Numbered from the stretch's first letter, positions 16,442-25,952 are shown. The stretch is 48,397 nt of DNA from Candidatus Poseidoniia archaeon (GCA_022449785.1 JAKURQ010000005.1:1-48397); one strand, 5' to 3'. The notes: generated by a model from the sequence alone, not told the origin. A program made the numbers and translations.

Positions 16442-18765
16442 TTTCCAGCAAAAGGCCTTCTAGACCAAAGAACAAACGCGATCATTCCTATACCAAATCC
16501 AGTTAATCCGGCAACAATGGCTGCATTCTTTATTGTCCAGAAACCACTCTCTTCTTTCAAGGTAACAACTCCATTTTGAATATCGAGCCTACTTAGATTA
16601 AAAGCATTAAAGTTCATTTCAATAAAATTAGTTCCATTGTAAGTAGCCGAAGGTTCTCCAAATTCCAGTTTAGAGATACATGCTTGGTTTGGAGTATTCA
16701 TGTTAACTCCATCTGTGGAACATGCATAATCTGCATAATTTGTTAAATTTTCATCTACATAATGGTTTTCTGAACCCATTATTAATCTAACATTTACATC
16801 ATATGGAACCCGAGGCTCCCAAAATTCTTCAAGCGTTGCTCCTTGTGTTGGTTTGATACCCACAGCAGTCCCTTCTATTCCAAAAACCCAAAGATGACCA
16901 CTACTTGATTCATCTACAGATATTGTATATTCTTTAGCATTTGTATTGGTTCCAATACTTTGTGAATTATCATTTGAGCCATCACTATTTGTGTCAATTG
17001 ATAATTCTAAGTCTGCCACCGTAAATCTATCTGTGTTTACTTGTGGGTAAGATAACACTATTTCAGCACTTATAGTTCCCTCTGGAACGTGAACGTAATG
17101 AGTTGAGTCAGTCACATAAGTTCCACCACTGCCAACAAAGTATGCCCATTCTCCTTTCCACTCAGCCTTTAACGTATCTGTAAATTCTCTAGCCTTGTGA
17201 ATATGAGATATTCCTAACATTGCATCTCTAGCATCAAAAACAGTTACCATTTCATTATCAGGGATTCCATCTCCATTTTCATCTGCAGTTCTCAAACTTT
17301 CCAAGGTCAATGCCATTTGAACAGCAAGTTTTGTGTCAATTAATCCGTGACCTTGTCCCCAATCATGTTTCATTCCTGTATTACTTACAGTACCATTTGC
17401 GTTTGGTTGCCCTCCCTCAATGTAACGTCCTGAGAGCTCCAAAATTAGTTCGGCTTCACTAACGTAAGTATCAGTTCTATCTCCATACCATTCACCTTCA
17501 GTGGTTTCATGATCTTCGTAAATGTAATCAGCAACACCCAATGAAGGTGCAGCTTGGTATAGCAATGTAGCTACTCCTGCAATATGTGGTGTAGCCATAG
17601 AAGTTCCTGATATTGCCATGTAATACAAGTCATCATCAGTTGGCCTTTGTATTATATCAATTAAGGTAGCCCTTGGAGCAGTAGCCCAGATATTGACTCC
17701 TGGAGCTCCAATATCAGGCCAAGTTTGTGGCTTTGACATATCACCTCTAGATGAAAAGTCAGCTATTCCTGAACCATCATGCTCAAGTGCTGCAACTCCA
17801 ATTACTAATGGAATATTCGAGTAAGGATTTGTTTGTAAATCACTACCATCTCCTCCAGAATTTCCTGCTGCAAACACAGAAACTACATTATTATCATACT
17901 GCAAATTAAAAACAGCTTGAGAAATTGCATTAGAAGGATCATATTCTGAACCTGAACTTCCCCATGAGTTTGAAGTGACTCTGATATTCATTGGATTTGC
18001 ATCAGGTCTTGAATTGTCATAAACCCATTCAAATGCTTCTACTGCATTGTCTATGAATGCAATGTCGCCAACACCCATTCCAACTAATGTTGCACCCGGA
18101 GCGACTCCTTTCTTAGCACCTGCAGATGCATCTCCATTACCTCCAACAGTTCCAGCACAGTGTGTTCCGTGGCCACTTGAAGTATCTGAATTTTCAGCTT
18201 CTATCCAAGTTCTAGTTGCTCTATCAAATTTATACGAAACTGTTTTACCTTCATCATAATCAAAATCTGGATGACCTGCATCTACTCCTGTATCAATGAT
18301 TACTGCAGCGACCCCAGTCCCATCAATATACTCATGTTGATTAGATTGATCTGCGACAATATTTTCGTCTTCATCAATAATAACAGTTTGCCATGCTTCT
18401 ACTGCATTGATTACTCTAGTAGTATCTTGCATGTAATATTCCATTTGTGTATTATGTTCTATCCAAAAAATGTCATCTTGTCTACTTAAATCCTTTATTT
18501 GAGATGCTGTAGCTTTCCCATAGAATCCATCAATAAATTCAAAAATACTTATAATTTCTACACCTATTCCTTCTGCAGTCGCTAAGTGTTCTTCTGTTAA
18601 GGTAGGTCTATATTGAACTATAAATTCGATATCAGAATTATTGTTTGCGTCGTTAATTGCCCGAATAATATTAGGATGCAATACGTTTTCATTCGCGTTA
18701 GCAGACGTAACCGTCGGACTAACCAAAAGTAGTGCAATAACAATTAATGCTTTGAAGCGCTCCAT
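16438..18765 (-). CDS. Secreted subtilisin-like serine protease (peptidase S8) with propeptide, C-terminal beta-rich domains and a C-terminal TM anchor
   Basis: Signal peptide MERFKALIVIALLLVSPTVTSANA. Catalytic triad motifs VIIDTGVDAGHPDF, GHGTHCAGTVGG and SGTSMATPHIAGVATLL. C-terminus AAIVAGLTGFGIGMIAFVLWSRRP. Confidence 0.92.
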   Translation of the reverse strand: MERFKALIVIALLLVSPTVTSANANENVLHPNIIRAINDANNNSDIEFIVQYRPTLTEEHLATAEGIGVEIISIFEFIDGFYGKATASQIKDLSRQDDIFWIEHNTQMEYYMQDTTRVINAVEAWQTVIIDEDENIVADQSNQHEYIDGTGVAAVIIDTGVDAGHPDFDYDEGKTVSYKFDRATRTWIEAENSDTSSGHGTHCAGTVGGNGDASAGAKKGVAPGATLVGMGVGDIAFIDNAVEAFEWVYDNSRPDANPMNIRVTSNSWGSSGSEYDPSNAISQAVFNLQYDNNVVSVFAAGNSGGDGSDLQTNPYSNIPLVIGVAALEHDGSGIADFSSRGDMSKPQTWPDIGAPGVNIWATAPRATLIDIIQRPTDDDLYYMAISGTSMATPHIAGVATLLYQAAPSLGVADYIYEDHETTEGEWYGDRTDTYVSEAELILELSGRYIEGGQPNANGTVSNTGMKHDWGQGHGLIDTKLAVQMALTLESLRTADENGDGIPDNEMVTVFDARDAMLGISHIHKAREFTDTLKAEWKGEWAYFVGSGGTYVTDSTHYVHVPEGTISAEIVLSYPQVNTDRFTVADLELSIDTNSDGSNDNSQSIGTNTNAKEYTISVDESSSGHLWVFGIEGTAVGIKPTQGATLEEFWEPRVPYDVNVRLIMGSENHYVDENLTNYADYACSTDGVNMNTPNQACISKLEFGEPSATYNGTNFIEMNFNAFNLSRLDIQNGVVTLKEESGFWTIKNAAIVAGLTGFGIGMIAFVLWSRRPFAGN

Positions 18766-18797
18766 AATCTGTTTTCATTGAGGCAGGATAAAAACTT

Positions 18798-19361
18798 TTA
18801 GTTGTCTAATACTCTTACGTTAGCTTCTTTCAATTCTTTCAAAAGTTCAATGCTATCATTCATAGATAGACAACATTTTAAAGTATAAACTTCATACATT
18901 CTATGAAAACTACTGGCTAAAATATCAACACCTTTTTCATGATTTTTGAAAGTTACATTGATTATTTTTTTCAAAGGTATTCCTCCACTAAGAGGTTCTC
19001 CCTCCATCATTGGCCCTATAGCATCAAAATTCATATCTCCTCCTTCAAATACTAAATGATCTCCATAAATCATCAACCATCTTCCCTTTCTATTCACATC
19101 TTCCCAAGCCGATGATGCAGGTAGTGGAGGTCCATCTTCAGCTAATAAGTCATCTTTATTATCAATCCAGTTATCATCATTCCATGGTTCAACTGGCATT
19201 CTTTCTTCCAACAATAAAGAAACGGGAATCCAATCATCATTATCAAAAAAAGTTGCCTCTTTTGTTAATTCTCCACTTTTCACATCATTAATGATTCTAT
19301 CCAATGGAATTGGTCCGTAGACCTCTTCTTCTACTTTTACAAGAAATTCTTCTTTCTCCAT
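18798..19361 (-). CDS. Cytoplasmic protein with an N-terminal GYF_2-like domain and a C-terminal PH-like domain (tentative)
   Basis: VYGPIPLDRIINDVKSGELTKEATFFDNDDWIPVSLLL fits the GYF-type pattern. The C-terminal half (GRWLMIYGDHLVFEGG...IPLKKIINVTFKN) resembles bacterial PH-like domains. Confidence 0.4.
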   Translation of the reverse strand: MEKEEFLVKVEEEVYGPIPLDRIINDVKSGELTKEATFFDNDDWIPVSLLLEERMPVEPWNDDNWIDNKDDLLAEDGPPLPASSAWEDVNRKGRWLMIYGDHLVFEGGDMNFDAIGPMMEGEPLSGGIPLKKIINVTFKNHEKGVDILASSFHRMYEVYTLKCCLSMNDSIELLKELKEANVRVLDN

Positions 19362-20732
19362 TTAGGCCTCGTATACGTATGCACTTCTTGAATCTAGGTC
19401 TGGAATTTCTCCAAGCTTCCAACCCTCTGCCGTTGTTTCAGCAAAATAATAACCTATTTCATTCTCCTCTCCTTCGTTTAAAATGTAATAGATTCCTTCA
19501 GCCCCTGTCAAATTTACACCAACTGCCGCATGGCCATAATCATCCCAAGCTTCAGGTATTAAGACCATAGCAGCTTCGTATCCTAAGGATTCTAACAAAG
19601 AGATTAAAAGTGCTGAACTGTCTTCGCAATCTCCCGTTTGTTCAACTAATGTTTCAATAGGATATCTTGGATATTCTCCAACTCCAGCAGTTAGATTATC
19701 TTCTGAATATTTTAAAGATTGAACAAAACTCATAATGAAATTTACTTCTGACAAGCTGTCAAATCCTTTTTCATTTGATAAACTTCTAAGAATTTGTGCT
19801 ATCTCTACAACAGCCGTTTCCTCTTTAGTGACGAATTTAATGTAATCACTGTATTCCACAACATAATGCCCTTGATTTTTGTAATATGCGTATCTTTGAG
19901 GATCAAAATTATAGCTTAATTGGTATTCGACGGTATTGTATTTCCAAGTATAAGATAGTAAATATCCAAAAGAGTAGGTTTCAATCTCAATATAGATTCT
20001 TGCATCATCATTTTCGTTTGAATCATCTAAAGATCCATCTAGCGTCCAATTTTTAACACGGTTAAATGAGTTTGTAGTATAATTATACAAAATGGTTGCC
20101 CAGTATGTCTCGTTGGATTCACTTATATCAAATTCTTCAGGATTTCTGAATTTGTAGTAAATTGCAACAATTGTAAATTCATATTCGGTTTGATTATCAG
20201 GTATGTTTAGTTCAAAATCACTATTCAGCGTGTATGTTTCTTGCCATGGGACTCTCCATGGGGTGTTGTCATTATCAAAACGATGAAGTTGCTCTTCACC
20301 TTGATACAAATAAATTACTAAAGGCGCGTCTGGACGATTATTCTGTTTATCTATTAACTCAACCCACCCCACATTAAATTTCAAGGCCACATCGTGAAAA
20401 GGATTTATGTCTGTAAGATCAAGGAATCCATCATTATCATCGTCTAAGTCTTCATTATCGCCAATTCCATCTAAATCATTATCATTATATTCATTAGAAT
20501 TATTTGGAAAATAATCATCAGTGTCATTATAACCATCATTATCATCGTCTAAGTCCTCATTATCTCCAATCCCATCTTGGTCACTATCTTTCCATTCATT
20601 TGCATTATCTGGAAAATCATCACTATCATTTGGAACTCCATCAAAATCTCTGTCATACATGTATTCACTAGTAAAAATGCCAAGAAAAGCACCCACAAGC
20701 AGAATCAAAATTATTTTATTATTTCGGTTCAT
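19362..20732 (-). CDS. Membrane-anchored extracellular protein: thrombospondin type-3-like Ca-binding repeats plus a C-terminal transglutaminase-like cysteine protease domain
   Basis: N-terminal TM. Two DxDxDGxxDxxD-type repeats (DSDQDGIGDNEDLDDDNDGY and DNDLDGIGDNEDLDDDNDGF). Transglutaminase-core motif TGDCEDSSALLISLLESLGYEA...YGHAAVGV. Confidence 0.65.
   Translation of the reverse strand: MNRNNKIILILLVGAFLGIFTSEYMYDRDFDGVPNDSDDFPDNANEWKDSDQDGIGDNEDLDDDNDGYNDTDDYFPNNSNEYNDNDLDGIGDNEDLDDDNDGFLDLTDINPFHDVALKFNVGWVELIDKQNNRPDAPLVIYLYQGEEQLHRFDNDNTPWRVPWQETYTLNSDFELNIPDNQTEYEFTIVAIYYKFRNPEEFDISESNETYWATILYNYTTNSFNRVKNWTLDGSLDDSNENDDARIYIEIETYSFGYLLSYTWKYNTVEYQLSYNFDPQRYAYYKNQGHYVVEYSDYIKFVTKEETAVVEIAQILRSLSNEKGFDSLSEVNFIMSFVQSLKYSEDNLTAGVGEYPRYPIETLVEQTGDCEDSSALLISLLESLGYEAAMVLIPEAWDDYGHAAVGVNLTGAEGIYYILNEGEENEIGYYFAETTAEGWKLGEIPDLDSRSAYVYEA
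20428..20577 (-). repeat. 105-bp-period tandem repeat encoding the two TSP3-like Ca-binding repeats
   Basis: The 45-nt cores at 20428-20472 and 20533-20577 are nearly identical (ccatcattatcatcgtctaagtcYtcattatcKccaatYccatct). Confidence 0.85.
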
Positions 20733-21373
20733 TATAATTCCAGTAGTGCAGGTAATTCGTTCATATTCATGAAAGGTATTGCACCAGCATGCCTCAATTG
20801 TTCTTCTGAAAAAAGGTTGTTTATTATTCCGTAAACTTCCATTTCCGCATTCACAGCAGCAGTTACTCCAGTAACACTATCTTCTATAACAGCACATTCA
20901 CTTGGTACAAATCCCATCTTTTTAGCCGCATAAAGAAAAAGCTCAGGTGAAGGTTTTGGTTTAGAAACTTCTGAAGCCGTGAATATGTTTTCATCGAAAA
21001 AATCATAAAGTTTTGTTAATCTTAGAGAATGTCTAACGTGCGTGGGCTCTCCATTCGAAGCCACACATATGGGAATCTTTATTTTTTCTAGAAGTTCTTT
21101 AACTCCTTTGACAGGCCTGAGTTTTGATTCCCATGATTCATTAACTCTTTGAATTAATCTTGGTAACCAATCATTTGGTAAGTCATTTCCAGATAACTCT
21201 CTCATTTTGTACACAACACCATCAAGTGTTTTTCCTCCGAATGTAGCACTAGCTTCTTCCCCACTCATCTCAATACCCAATTCACTAGCCATTTCGGCAA
21301 TTACTTGGTTAGTAATAGCTTCACTATCCACTAAGGTTCCATCACAATCAAAGATGATACATTTCGGTGTCAT
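20732..21373 (-). CDS. HAD-superfamily hydrolase (beta-phosphoglucomutase/phosphatase-like, subfamily IA)
   Basis: Motif I IIFDCDGTLVDSE, motif II VASNG, motif III/IV K...IEDSVTGVTAA. Confidence 0.85.
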   Translation of the reverse strand: MTPKCIIFDCDGTLVDSEAITNQVIAEMASELGIEMSGEEASATFGGKTLDGVVYKMRELSGNDLPNDWLPRLIQRVNESWESKLRPVKGVKELLEKIKIPICVASNGEPTHVRHSLRLTKLYDFFDENIFTASEVSKPKPSPELFLYAAKKMGFVPSECAVIEDSVTGVTAAVNAEMEVYGIINNLFSEEQLRHAGAIPFMNMNELPALLEL

Positions 21374-22671
21374 TAGTAAACCGTCACATCCTCAGATTTC
21401 ATTATTTCTCTAAGGAAAGATGTAGCATATGTACCCTTGTGTAGCCAAAAATCAAAAACAGGAGCCCCCTCTTCATCAATTTTCCATTCCAAATCATTGA
21501 TCTTTTGAGTAAGTGGTCTATGCATTCCTAATGAAGTCAATTCTGGTACGCCTTCTATTCTAAAATCCTTAAAATCTACATTTTCTTCTTTCATGACTAT
21601 TTTTTCCAATTCACCTTGAAATCCATTTGTATGCTCGCTTTTCATTCCAGGTAGAAGTCCTACAACCCATGCCTTCCCCTCCCGACATCTCTTTTCTAAT
21701 TTCTTTTGATTATATTTAGTGACTTCAATAATCCTTCTTTGGTCAGGCCCTTCATAAGAATCTGCAGGAATCACATTATCGCCTATTAATGGAATATGAA
21801 TACTATTTCCACTATCAATTCGCATATCGATAATCCTATTGAAAATTGCACTTTGGTATGCATGGACAAACATTTTTGACAAATTTTCAGGCAATTGTTT
21901 CAAGGCCCCAATATAATCTCCTTTTTTTCTTGTAAGATATCCTATCATTTGTCTTTCGAATAGCATACTGCGAGGATAATTTTCTAGAGCTGCATTCAAA
22001 TCCCTCGTTTCTTTTAGATCTCTTCTTGCCTCAAATCCTGAGAATTTTTCATCACCATCTGATAAATAAGACCAAACTGCACCTTCATAGTCTCCTTTTA
22101 CAATCTTTTCACCTACAGTATGTGTTATTGGTCTTATAGCTCCAAATCTTTGAATTCCAAAGTAATTAGGAAAACCACTTTTTAATTCATCAATTATAGT
22201 TCTAATATCTTTTTCATTTGTAACTGAATTAGATACCTTGATTGTGAATCTATTACCTACTAAATTCCCTAGCCTAATTGGTTTTATTGTTCGATGACAA
22301 AATTCAACTTTTACATTTTCTATTTTTATCTTTTCTATTTTACTTTGCTGAGCCATGACTGAAAAATATTGAGTTGTCAAAGCTCTTTTGTCTTTAGTTC
22401 CAGCAAATCCAATTGCTTTTTGTCCAATTCCTAGTTCTTTTGCTAGCTCTTTAACTAGAACATGTGTATCCCAATTCTTTGCAGTTATTCTAACAATAGA
22501 ATGTTTTCCATGTTTATTTTCCTTCGCCCAAATCCAATGAGATTTTTCATTATTAGAAATAATTTCATCAACCTTAAAATCTTCAGGTTTCTTGCGTAAT
22601 TTCCCACCAATACCTTTTGAGTTTGATAAATATCTCTCTTTTCCTACTTCCGGTCTAGCCGGTGAATTCAT
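21373..22671 (-). CDS. truD: tRNA pseudouridine synthase TruD/Pus7 family
   Basis: FKVDEI near the N-terminus, catalytic-Asp block GFAGTKDKRALTTQ, and NYFGIQRFG. Confidence 0.9.
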   Translation of the reverse strand: MNSPARPEVGKERYLSNSKGIGGKLRKKPEDFKVDEIISNNEKSHWIWAKENKHGKHSIVRITAKNWDTHVLVKELAKELGIGQKAIGFAGTKDKRALTTQYFSVMAQQSKIEKIKIENVKVEFCHRTIKPIRLGNLVGNRFTIKVSNSVTNEKDIRTIIDELKSGFPNYFGIQRFGAIRPITHTVGEKIVKGDYEGAVWSYLSDGDEKFSGFEARRDLKETRDLNAALENYPRSMLFERQMIGYLTRKKGDYIGALKQLPENLSKMFVHAYQSAIFNRIIDMRIDSGNSIHIPLIGDNVIPADSYEGPDQRRIIEVTKYNQKKLEKRCREGKAWVVGLLPGMKSEHTNGFQGELEKIVMKEENVDFKDFRIEGVPELTSLGMHRPLTQKINDLEWKIDEEGAPVFDFWLHKGTYATSFLREIMKSEDVTVY

Positions 22672-22674
22672 GTC

Positions 22675-22938
22675 CTAAGCTAATTTATCGCGGATTGTCT
22701 TTATGTCTCCGACGATGATGTCCATAGCTTTTTGGATTGCTTTTTTAGGAGTGCCCTTTTTCGTTCTAACATAAAATTTAGGACTGTCCAAAACGATGTG
22801 TCCCATGTAATAAGATGCATAATCAACATCAGGATTGGCAAGTGTATGGTTCATTAGTGGACCTAACAAAGTTTCGTTAGCACCACGTATTTCAATTTCC
22901 AATTCGTTCTTGGTCTTGTTAATTACGGAAACTTCCAT
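22675..22938 (-). CDS. rpoL: DNA-directed RNA polymerase subunit L (Rpo11)
   Basis: 87 aa. ELEIEIRGANETLLGPLMNHTLANPDVDYASYYMGHIVLDSPKFYVRT matches the RpoL/Rpb11 pattern. Confidence 0.85.
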   Translation of the reverse strand: MEVSVINKTKNELEIEIRGANETLLGPLMNHTLANPDVDYASYYMGHIVLDSPKFYVRTKKGTPKKAIQKAMDIIVGDIKTIRDKLA

Positions 22939-22963
22939 GGAGTTGTGCGGACTTAGAGGGGTA

Positions 22964-23995
22964 TTATAAAGATTGGGCGAGTTTTACAGCTTCACGCCTT
23001 TTTGTTTTTGGAGCGTTTGTTTTTATCCCAAGAGGTGAAAATATACTTGAACTGGCAAAGTATCCTAGCTCTTCTAAACATTTTATTATTTTATCACGTT
23101 TAGGTGTTTGCCCCACCTTTGCATTTCTAGCAATATCATTTATATCATATAAACCAGGAGGACCATTTGCTTCATTTCTAAGTGTCTGGAAGAATTTACC
23201 TAATTTTCCTTCACAATCAGTAGGTACTAAATTTTCATTTATTATTTTATCAACCCAAAGTGGCCCTCCTGCATCTTTTTCTTCCTTATCGATGACCTCC
23301 ATATCTAGATTAATCCATTTTAGTTTTGTATTATTTTTCTTGACTAACCTAATGAAGACTCGTAGATGATGCCCCTCAGAATAACACAATAAAGGTTCTA
23401 TTCCTTTTCCTATATCAGATGCAATTGAGTGTATTTTTGCTAATAATATTCGAACGCCAATTTCTTTAGCAGAAACCCATTTCATTGACCTAGCCCCATA
23501 TCTTTTCATGCAAATTGATGGTTTTGCTCCACATAGAACAGCAGTGTCAGTTGCAGAAACTCCTAGAATTCCATTGTCATTTAATCCTTTGATTGCAGCT
23601 TCTAGAAAGGGAGCTGGTGTTCCAAAGGGATCAATGTCAATACAATCATATTTCATTCTTTTCAATAGTTCTTCTACAGGTTCATTGTAAACTTCAGCAA
23701 CAATACCATTCAGTTTTAGGTTTTCTACAATAGTTTTTGTGGATAGTTGCGAAGTGTCACAAAATTCTACATTTAGGCCAGCTTCAAGTGCGAGTCTAAT
23801 TCCTCTTATTCCAGATGCTGCCAATCCATCAAGTACTTTACCTTTTATTTCTAATTCTTTTGCAAAAGCAATATGCAAATCCCTGCTCATTTTCATAGCA
23901 GGATTATAGAATACGCCTTTTGCTTTTCCAGGTCCTTTGTCTTTGCCTGAAAGATTTGCCTTGAATACCGCTTTTCCTTCTTGATGTTCCTTCAC
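22964..23995 (-). CDS. trm1: tRNA (guanine(26)-N2)-dimethyltransferase Trm1
   Basis: FYNPAMKMSRDL, SAM-binding VLDGLAASGIRGIRLALE, and DIDPFGTPAPFL. Confidence 0.9.
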   Translation of the reverse strand: MKEHQEGKAVFKANLSGKDKGPGKAKGVFYNPAMKMSRDLHIAFAKELEIKGKVLDGLAASGIRGIRLALEAGLNVEFCDTSQLSTKTIVENLKLNGIVAEVYNEPVEELLKRMKYDCIDIDPFGTPAPFLEAAIKGLNDNGILGVSATDTAVLCGAKPSICMKRYGARSMKWVSAKEIGVRILLAKIHSIASDIGKGIEPLLCYSEGHHLRVFIRLVKKNNTKLKWINLDMEVIDKEEKDAGGPLWVDKIINENLVPTDCEGKLGKFFQTLRNEANGPPGLYDINDIARNAKVGQTPKRDKIIKCLEELGYFASSSIFSPLGIKTNAPKTKRREAVKLAQSL

Positions 23996-24552
23996 ACCAT
24001 TCCAGTTTTCAATATATTAACAGCTTTTGAAGGCAGAATAGCTGAATTTATGGGAGTCACTTCTAGTGTTCTTAGATCATCTCTCTTACGGATTGATTGT
24101 AACAATGGATTCCTTGATCTTTTGTGCATTGTAATTAGCATTGGTTTTCCGCATTTCAGTGCTTCTTTGAGTATAGCACTGAATTCTTTTGATTCAGATA
24201 CTAATTTCCCTACTTCATCCACTAAAATAAGGTCTGCATCTTCAATAGCTCTGGCAACAGAATCCGTTGCGATTCTATTAACTGCATCTAATCTAATTCC
24301 CAATGGTGTTGATTCAGGTGTCTTTCCAGGAACTCTTGGTTTTACATCCCACCTTACTGATGCCGAGAGTTCTTCTTCACCAGTAGTATAATCCTTCAAA
24401 TTGTATCCAATCAATTCGCCCTCTTCGTGAATAGGGTGTGTGGTAAATCCACCGATACTAAATTTATCTTCAATCATTTTAGCTATTCTGAGGACAGTTT
24501 TTGTTTTACCAGTACCTGGCTGGCCAGAGATAGCTACCTTTACGGGAATCAT
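23992..24552 (-). CDS. Nucleoside-triphosphatase, THEP1 family (COG1618)
   Basis: Walker A ISGQPGTGKTK, GGFTT...GELIGY block, Walker B LILVDEVGKL. About 186 aa, as typical for the family. Confidence 0.8.
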   Translation of the reverse strand: MIPVKVAISGQPGTGKTKTVLRIAKMIEDKFSIGGFTTHPIHEEGELIGYNLKDYTTGEEELSASVRWDVKPRVPGKTPESTPLGIRLDAVNRIATDSVARAIEDADLILVDEVGKLVSESKEFSAILKEALKCGKPMLITMHKRSRNPLLQSIRKRDDLRTLEVTPINSAILPSKAVNILKTGMV

Positions 24553-24605
24553 AACTTGGCGGCTATAATTGGCACCTGTGTATAAGTATATGTCTCATTT
24601 CTCAT

Positions 24606-25433
24606 TTAGTTTTTTAGTCTTTCAGGACATCCCTTTCTTCTAGAGCAATTATTACACTTTCCAACTCTTTTATGGTTGCGATGCGCTTCCATTTTTCCCT
24701 TTAGAATGTCATTCATTTCTTCTAATTTTTCATTAACTAATCCTTTCAAATCTGAATCCCATTTTACTTCATGAGGCTCATTTTCAAACCCATATCTTAT
24801 TTGACCATGACTTGGCTTTACTCCAAATGTTTCCTCAGATAATAAACAATAGGCACCAATTTGCAAAACATGACTAAAAAAAGGGGCTTTCGGTCTTCGT
24901 CCTGTTTTTACTTCTACAGGTATACGTTGTTCCTTATCCTTAATTAAATAATCAGGGCGTCCGGCTAAATTGAATTTTGCAGACTTTAACACAGGCGTCT
25001 CCCTAGTAAGTCCATCTGGAGTTTCTATATCTGTTTCTCCTAGTTTATAATCATCTCTTAATTTATCAATCTTTTCAGTAGATACTAATAACCGGTAAAG
25101 GAAAAAAGATGCTACAAGCATCCATCCAATTCCAATTATTAAAAGAATAAAACCAAGATTAATGTCATCATTTGAGATTAATAGGATAATTAGTGCAACA
25201 GTTACTAAGGCCATAATCATAGATACAACAGTTATTAGTGTTGTTGAAGTCTCTCTCGATTTTTCTTCCTCTACAAGGAGATTCTTTAATGAATCTCCCA
25301 TTTCTTTATGTTTCTCAACACCAGTATTTACTTCAGTACCTTCAGCATCTATTCCTTTGAGATCTAAGTGCCAAGATAAGGGGCAATAACCATAGCGTTC
25401 CATTTCTGACGCCGATATAATTTGCTTAGGCAT
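24606..25433 (-). CDS. Cas4-family PD-(D/E)XK nuclease with a 4-Cys cluster and an inserted two-helix membrane hairpin; orphan (no CRISPR-cas nearby)
   Basis: N-terminal Cys (YGYCPLSWHL). Nuclease core GRPDYLIKDKEQRIPVEVKTGR and QIGAYCLL. C-terminal CNNCSRRKGC (CxxCx5C). Residues ~64-116 (nt 25086-25244) form two strongly hydrophobic helices. Confidence 0.7.
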   Translation of the reverse strand: MPKQIISASEMERYGYCPLSWHLDLKGIDAEGTEVNTGVEKHKEMGDSLKNLLVEEEKSRETSTTLITVVSMIMALVTVALIILLISNDDINLGFILLIIGIGWMLVASFFLYRLLVSTEKIDKLRDDYKLGETDIETPDGLTRETPVLKSAKFNLAGRPDYLIKDKEQRIPVEVKTGRRPKAPFFSHVLQIGAYCLLSEETFGVKPSHGQIRYGFENEPHEVKWDSDLKGLVNEKLEEMNDILKGKMEAHRNHKRVGKCNNCSRRKGCPERLKN

Positions 25434-25502
25434 GTGTGTTGAGTCCGGGGTTGAGTCCAGTAATCTGCCAATACACTCTGACTAATAAAAGATATCATCT
25501 AA

Positions 25503-25952
25503 TCAAAAGCTGAAATATTGATCATGCCAAGCTAAATTTCCATAATCTTTTATTTTATAATTATAAACAATGTTTTGTTTCCCTTCATTACTATTAAATT
25601 CTACAACAATAACCAAATCATATTCATCTGCATGTGGCCCATCGAAAATTAATGGAGGAAGTTTAACAGATTGTTTTGCTTTTAGTATTCCTGGATAATT
25701 AGTTTCAGTTACTAACATTTCAGTTCCGTTCCAAATTGAACTCTTAACTTTCAAATCAGTTATTTCTTGAGTACCTGCATTGTTCATTTTTGATTGTACA
25801 AATAAAGCAGAATAGGAACTATGGTAGACAGTATCTATCTCAACCTCTGTTCTTGGTATAACATACGAATAACAGATGAAAATTAGAAACAATGCAAGGA
25901 TAACAGTACCTGTTTTCACTAATACTCGTTTTTGTTCTTTACTAAAAATCAT
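25503..25952 (-). CDS. Small N-terminally anchored protein with a beta-rich ectodomain; 4-nt overlap with the giant upstream gene
   Basis: 149 aa. TM VLVKTGTVILALFLIFICYSYVI is followed by a beta-strand-like pattern. Its start overlaps the giant gene's stop (25949-25952). Confidence 0.5.
   Translation of the reverse strand: MIFSKEQKRVLVKTGTVILALFLIFICYSYVIPRTEVEIDTVYHSSYSALFVQSKMNNAGTQEITDLKVKSSIWNGTEMLVTETNYPGILKAKQSVKLPPLIFDGPHADEYDLVIVVEFNSNEGKQNIVYNYKIKDYGNLAWHDQYFSF

Noticed and set aside
24606-25433. The Cas4-like gene as evidence for a CRISPR-Cas locus.
   Set aside because: There are no direct-repeat/spacer arrays and no other cas genes anywhere in the 48 kb. Stand-alone Cas4-family nucleases are common.
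25437-25460. Direct repeat GTTGAGTCC-gggg-TTGAGTCC immediately upstream of the Cas4-like start codon.
   Set aside because: It has only two short copies and I know of no matching motif. It may simply contain the ribosome-binding or 5' UTR sequence and is too weak to call.
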